A stretch of DNA of 45,617 nucleotides from Thermoplasmata archaeon (lineage in GTDB: Archaea > Thermoplasmatota > Thermoplasmata > Halarchaeoplasmatales > Halarchaeoplasmataceae), in NCBI GenBank assembly GCA_019594305.1, contig JAFDTZ010000001.1:1-45617 (forward strand), read 5' to 3'. The notes beneath the pieces were generated by a model that was given only the letters and a program-made list of their open reading frames with translations, had not been told where the DNA came from and searched no databases. Below are positions 42,934-45,617 of the stretch, piece by piece (positions within the stretch are counted from its first letter, which is position 1; every line of letters starts with the position of its first letter). A program made the translations under genes and the position numbers.

Positions 42934-45600
42934 ATGACGGTAATTAACTTTTGTGTTCGAGAGTTCGGTGACCTCGCAAACATTATAACGATTATACCGT
43001 ATTACGGTACCATCATGGTAAAAGGTTTAACCACGGTGGCCGCAAAAAAACGCCTGAAAGAACATGGTCCTAACGAGCTGGAGCAGAAGGAAGAGACCAC
43101 TCCCTTAGATGTGCTCATGGACCAATTCAAAGAGAACGTCCTCATTTGGATCTTGATAGTGGCCGCTGTAGCTTCCTTCGCCGCAGGCGAGATGGCTGAG
43201 TTCTATTTTGTTGTTACGATCATAGGGATAGTGGCCTTCATGGGTTTCTTTCAGGAGTGGAAGGCAGAAGAGGCCATGAAAGAACTGGCTAAGATGGCTA
43301 CACCTTCGGTGAAGGTTTACAGGGACGGAGAGATAGCTGACATACCCGGTAAAGAGCTGGTGCCGGGAGACTTATTGAAGCTTGAGATGGGCGGTAAGGT
43401 TCCGACGGACGCAAAGGTAATCGAGTCTAACAACCTTAAGGTCGATGAATCCATCTTGACGGGAGAGAGTGAATCGGTGAGTAAAGAAAAAGGAGATGAG
43501 ATATATTCAGGCACCGTAATTTCCAGGGGAAGGTGCGAAGCTAAGGTTATCGGAACGGGTATGAAGACAAAACTCGGCGAGATAGCCGGTGAATTACAGA
43601 AAGAGAGCATCGAAACGCCCCTGCAAAGAAAGTCTAAGGACCTAGCCAAGAAGGTGGGATATCTCGCCATCATCGCGTCGGTGATGCTTTTCCTAATAGG
43701 TATCGGCGTAGGGGTGGAAAGAACGTTGATCATCACCGTAACCATCGCTGTGGCTGTAGCGGTGGTGCCGGAGGCCCTCCCGTTGACCATGACGCTGACA
43801 CTCTCACTGGGTATGAAATCCATGGCAAAAAATAAAGCCGTGGTGAAGAAGATGTTAGCCGTAGAAGGCCTGGGTTCGACCACTGTTATCTGTACCGACA
43901 AGACGGGAACCCTTACCAAGAACGAGATGACCGTGAAAAGGATCTGGGCCGGAGGTGAAGAATACGAAGTTCAGGGCTCGGGTTATTCTATGGAAGGTGA
44001 TATACTAAAGGATGGGAAATCTGCGGATATAGATGCAAATTGTGCTTTGGATATTCTGGTGAAGGGGGCGGCTCTCTGCAGTAACGCCTCGGTGAACTTT
44101 AAAGATGACGAGGTACACGGAGAACCTACGGAGGCGGCCCTGGTTACACTGGTTCAGAAAACAAAATACGATTTTAAGGAACTCCGAGACAAATATACCC
44201 GATCTCATGAGATACAGTTCAACTCGGATAGGAAGAGGATGACTACCGTGCACGACAGTTCGGATTGGGAAGCACCCCACGCCTTCATGAAAGGTGCTCC
44301 GGAGGTTGTTCTCGATAGGTGTACCCACGTACTTGAAAACGGAGAACCTATATCTTTAAACGAGGACAAGAAGAAAAACATATTGAAAAAGAATACTGAT
44401 TACGCCCGGGACGCCTTGAGGGTATTGGCCTTCGCTTACAGTACGAATTCCTCCCTGAGCTCTCAGGAAGATGAAGTGGAGAAGGAGATGACCTTTGTCG
44501 GTCTTACCGGGATCATGGACCCGCCCCGGGAAGAGGTACCGGAGGCGATCAGAAAATGTAAAGACGCCGGTATACGGGTCAAGATGGTCACCGGCGATAA
44601 TAGGGACACTGCAATGGCTATCGCCGAGATGATAGGTTTGACCGATAATAAACGCGTTGTGACCGGTGACGAGATAGACGACATGACAGAGGAAGAACTG
44701 CGGGAGATAATCAAAGACGTGGACATATACGCAAGGACACATCCTGGAAATAAATTGCAGATAGTGAGGGCTTTACAGAGTAATGGTGAGATAGTCGCCA
44801 TGACGGGAGACGGTGTCAACGACGCACCGGCGGTGAACCACGCCGATATCGGTATCGGTATGGGTATAAAGGGTACCGATGTGACCAAAGAAGCCAGCGA
44901 TATAATACTACAGGACGACAATTTTAGTACCATCGAGAAGGCCATCGAGGAGGGAAGGAGGATCTATGATAATATAGAAAAATTCGTTACGTTTCTATTG
45001 TCAAGGAATTTTACGGAAGTTATCCTTATAGCATCCGTACTGGCTTTGTTCAGGGATTTCGCTCTCCTCCCTCTTTTGGGGATGCAGATACTATTCCTGA
45101 ACATGATAGGACAGGTGGGCCCCGGTCTGGGGTTGGGTGTCGATCCCGCAAGCGATGACTTGATGAAGAGACCTCCCAGAGACCCGAGCTCGGAACTGTT
45201 GAACCGCAGAAATCTATTCATGATATCCACCATGGCTGTAGCCATGGTCTGCATGGCTTCCATATCATATCTGTACGGACTGAGGAACGGCTCGATAGAA
45301 CTTGCCAGGACCATGACCTTTACCTCCATATCAGTCATGATAATGGTCAACGCCTACAACTTCAGATCCCTGGATAAGTCCATATTACGGTTCAACCCCT
45401 TGGAAAATAAATGGATAATCCTGTCCACTTTGGTCACCGCCCCTCTGGTGCTTCTAACCTTGTATCTACCGGTTCTACGGGATATGTTCGGACACGTGCC
45501 TCTCGGTACCAACGGATGGTTGATCGCCGCTGGAACCGGGCTGGCGACCATGTTCCTTTTGGAAGTTGTGAAGAGAGTTACCGGCATTTTAAAGATATGA
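42934..45600 (+). CDS. P-type cation-transporting ATPase (type IIA, Ca2+-ATPase-like)
   Basis: Phosphorylation site ICTDKTGTLT, TGES, PEALP in M4, MVTGDN and GDGVNDAPA. Likely start is ATG 43012 (MVKGLTT). Confidence 0.9.
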   Translation: MTVINFCVREFGDLANIITIIPYYGTIMVKGLTTVAAKKRLKEHGPNELEQKEETTPLDVLMDQFKENVLIWILIVAAVASFAAGEMAEFYFVVTIIGIVAFMGFFQEWKAEEAMKELAKMATPSVKVYRDGEIADIPGKELVPGDLLKLEMGGKVPTDAKVIESNNLKVDESILTGESESVSKEKGDEIYSGTVISRGRCEAKVIGTGMKTKLGEIAGELQKESIETPLQRKSKDLAKKVGYLAIIASVMLFLIGIGVGVERTLIITVTIAVAVAVVPEALPLTMTLTLSLGMKSMAKNKAVVKKMLAVEGLGSTTVICTDKTGTLTKNEMTVKRIWAGGEEYEVQGSGYSMEGDILKDGKSADIDANCALDILVKGAALCSNASVNFKDDEVHGEPTEAALVTLVQKTKYDFKELRDKYTRSHEIQFNSDRKRMTTVHDSSDWEAPHAFMKGAPEVVLDRCTHVLENGEPISLNEDKKKNILKKNTDYARDALRVLAFAYSTNSSLSSQEDEVEKEMTFVGLTGIMDPPREEVPEAIRKCKDAGIRVKMVTGDNRDTAMAIAEMIGLTDNKRVVTGDEIDDMTEEELREIIKDVDIYARTHPGNKLQIVRALQSNGEIVAMTGDGVNDAPAVNHADIGIGMGIKGTDVTKEASDIILQDDNFSTIEKAIEEGRRIYDNIEKFVTFLLSRNFTEVILIASVLALFRDFALLPLLGMQILFLNMIGQVGPGLGLGVDPASDDLMKRPPRDPSSELLNRRNLFMISTMAVAMVCMASISYLYGLRNGSIELARTMTFTSISVMIMVNAYNFRSLDKSILRFNPLENKWIILSTLVTAPLVLLTLYLPVLRDMFGHVPLGTNGWLIAAGTGLATMFLLEVVKRVTGILKI

Positions 45601-45617
45601 GATCGTTGTTTTGAAAA

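Noticed and set aside
1-45617. CRISPR arrays, IS elements, integrases, rRNA genes
   Set aside because: I found no regularly spaced short direct repeats, no transposase- or integrase-like ORF in any frame of the track, and no rRNA-like sequence. The only repeats are the protease cassette and the tRNA-linked elements described above.

Overview
Archaeal chromosomal window. The evidence is an S13-S4-S11-RpoD cluster in which RpoD carries a 2x[4Fe-4S] insert, plus Pop5, Nob1 and NurA-HerA-Mre11-Rad50. Two tRNA introns fold as bulge-helix-bulge (BHB) motifs, there is an A1:U72 initiator tRNA, and no tRNA encodes CCA. A Thermoplasmatota or other euryarchaeal origin is only a guess. I support about 34 protein genes and 4 tRNAs: Leu-GAG, initiator Met with a 28-nt intron, Ser-UGA with a 17-nt intron, and Arg-GCG. 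Most of the window is housekeeping: ribosomal proteins and RNAP, acetyl-CoA synthetase, DNA end-resection, aromatic amino acid entry enzymes, an ABC exporter and a P-type ATPase. Five things stand out. (1) At the left end, a gingipain-like C25 Cys-protease gene (missing from the ORF track because it runs off the edge) sits in tandem with a 1440-aa S8 subtilase. The two are coupled by TGATG and share a >=1.3 kb near-identical 3' cassette behind unrelated catalytic heads. (2) A 1132-aa wHTH-STAND ATPase-TPR protein is transcribed divergently from this protease pair. (3) A conserved non-coding element family lies immediately 3' of three tRNA genes. At tRNA-Arg the element is bracketed by a 29-bp direct repeat that duplicates the tRNA 3' end, as an att scar would. 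(4) Four radical SAM genes occur within about 18 kb, two with non-canonical Cys spacing. One is coupled to Pop5 and one abuts a UbiA prenyltransferase fusion. (5) A small wHTH gene is translationally coupled to the DAHP synthase / chorismate mutase-prephenate dehydrogenase genes. No CRISPR array, integrase or transposase was seen. All domain calls come from reading motifs by eye, with no database search.
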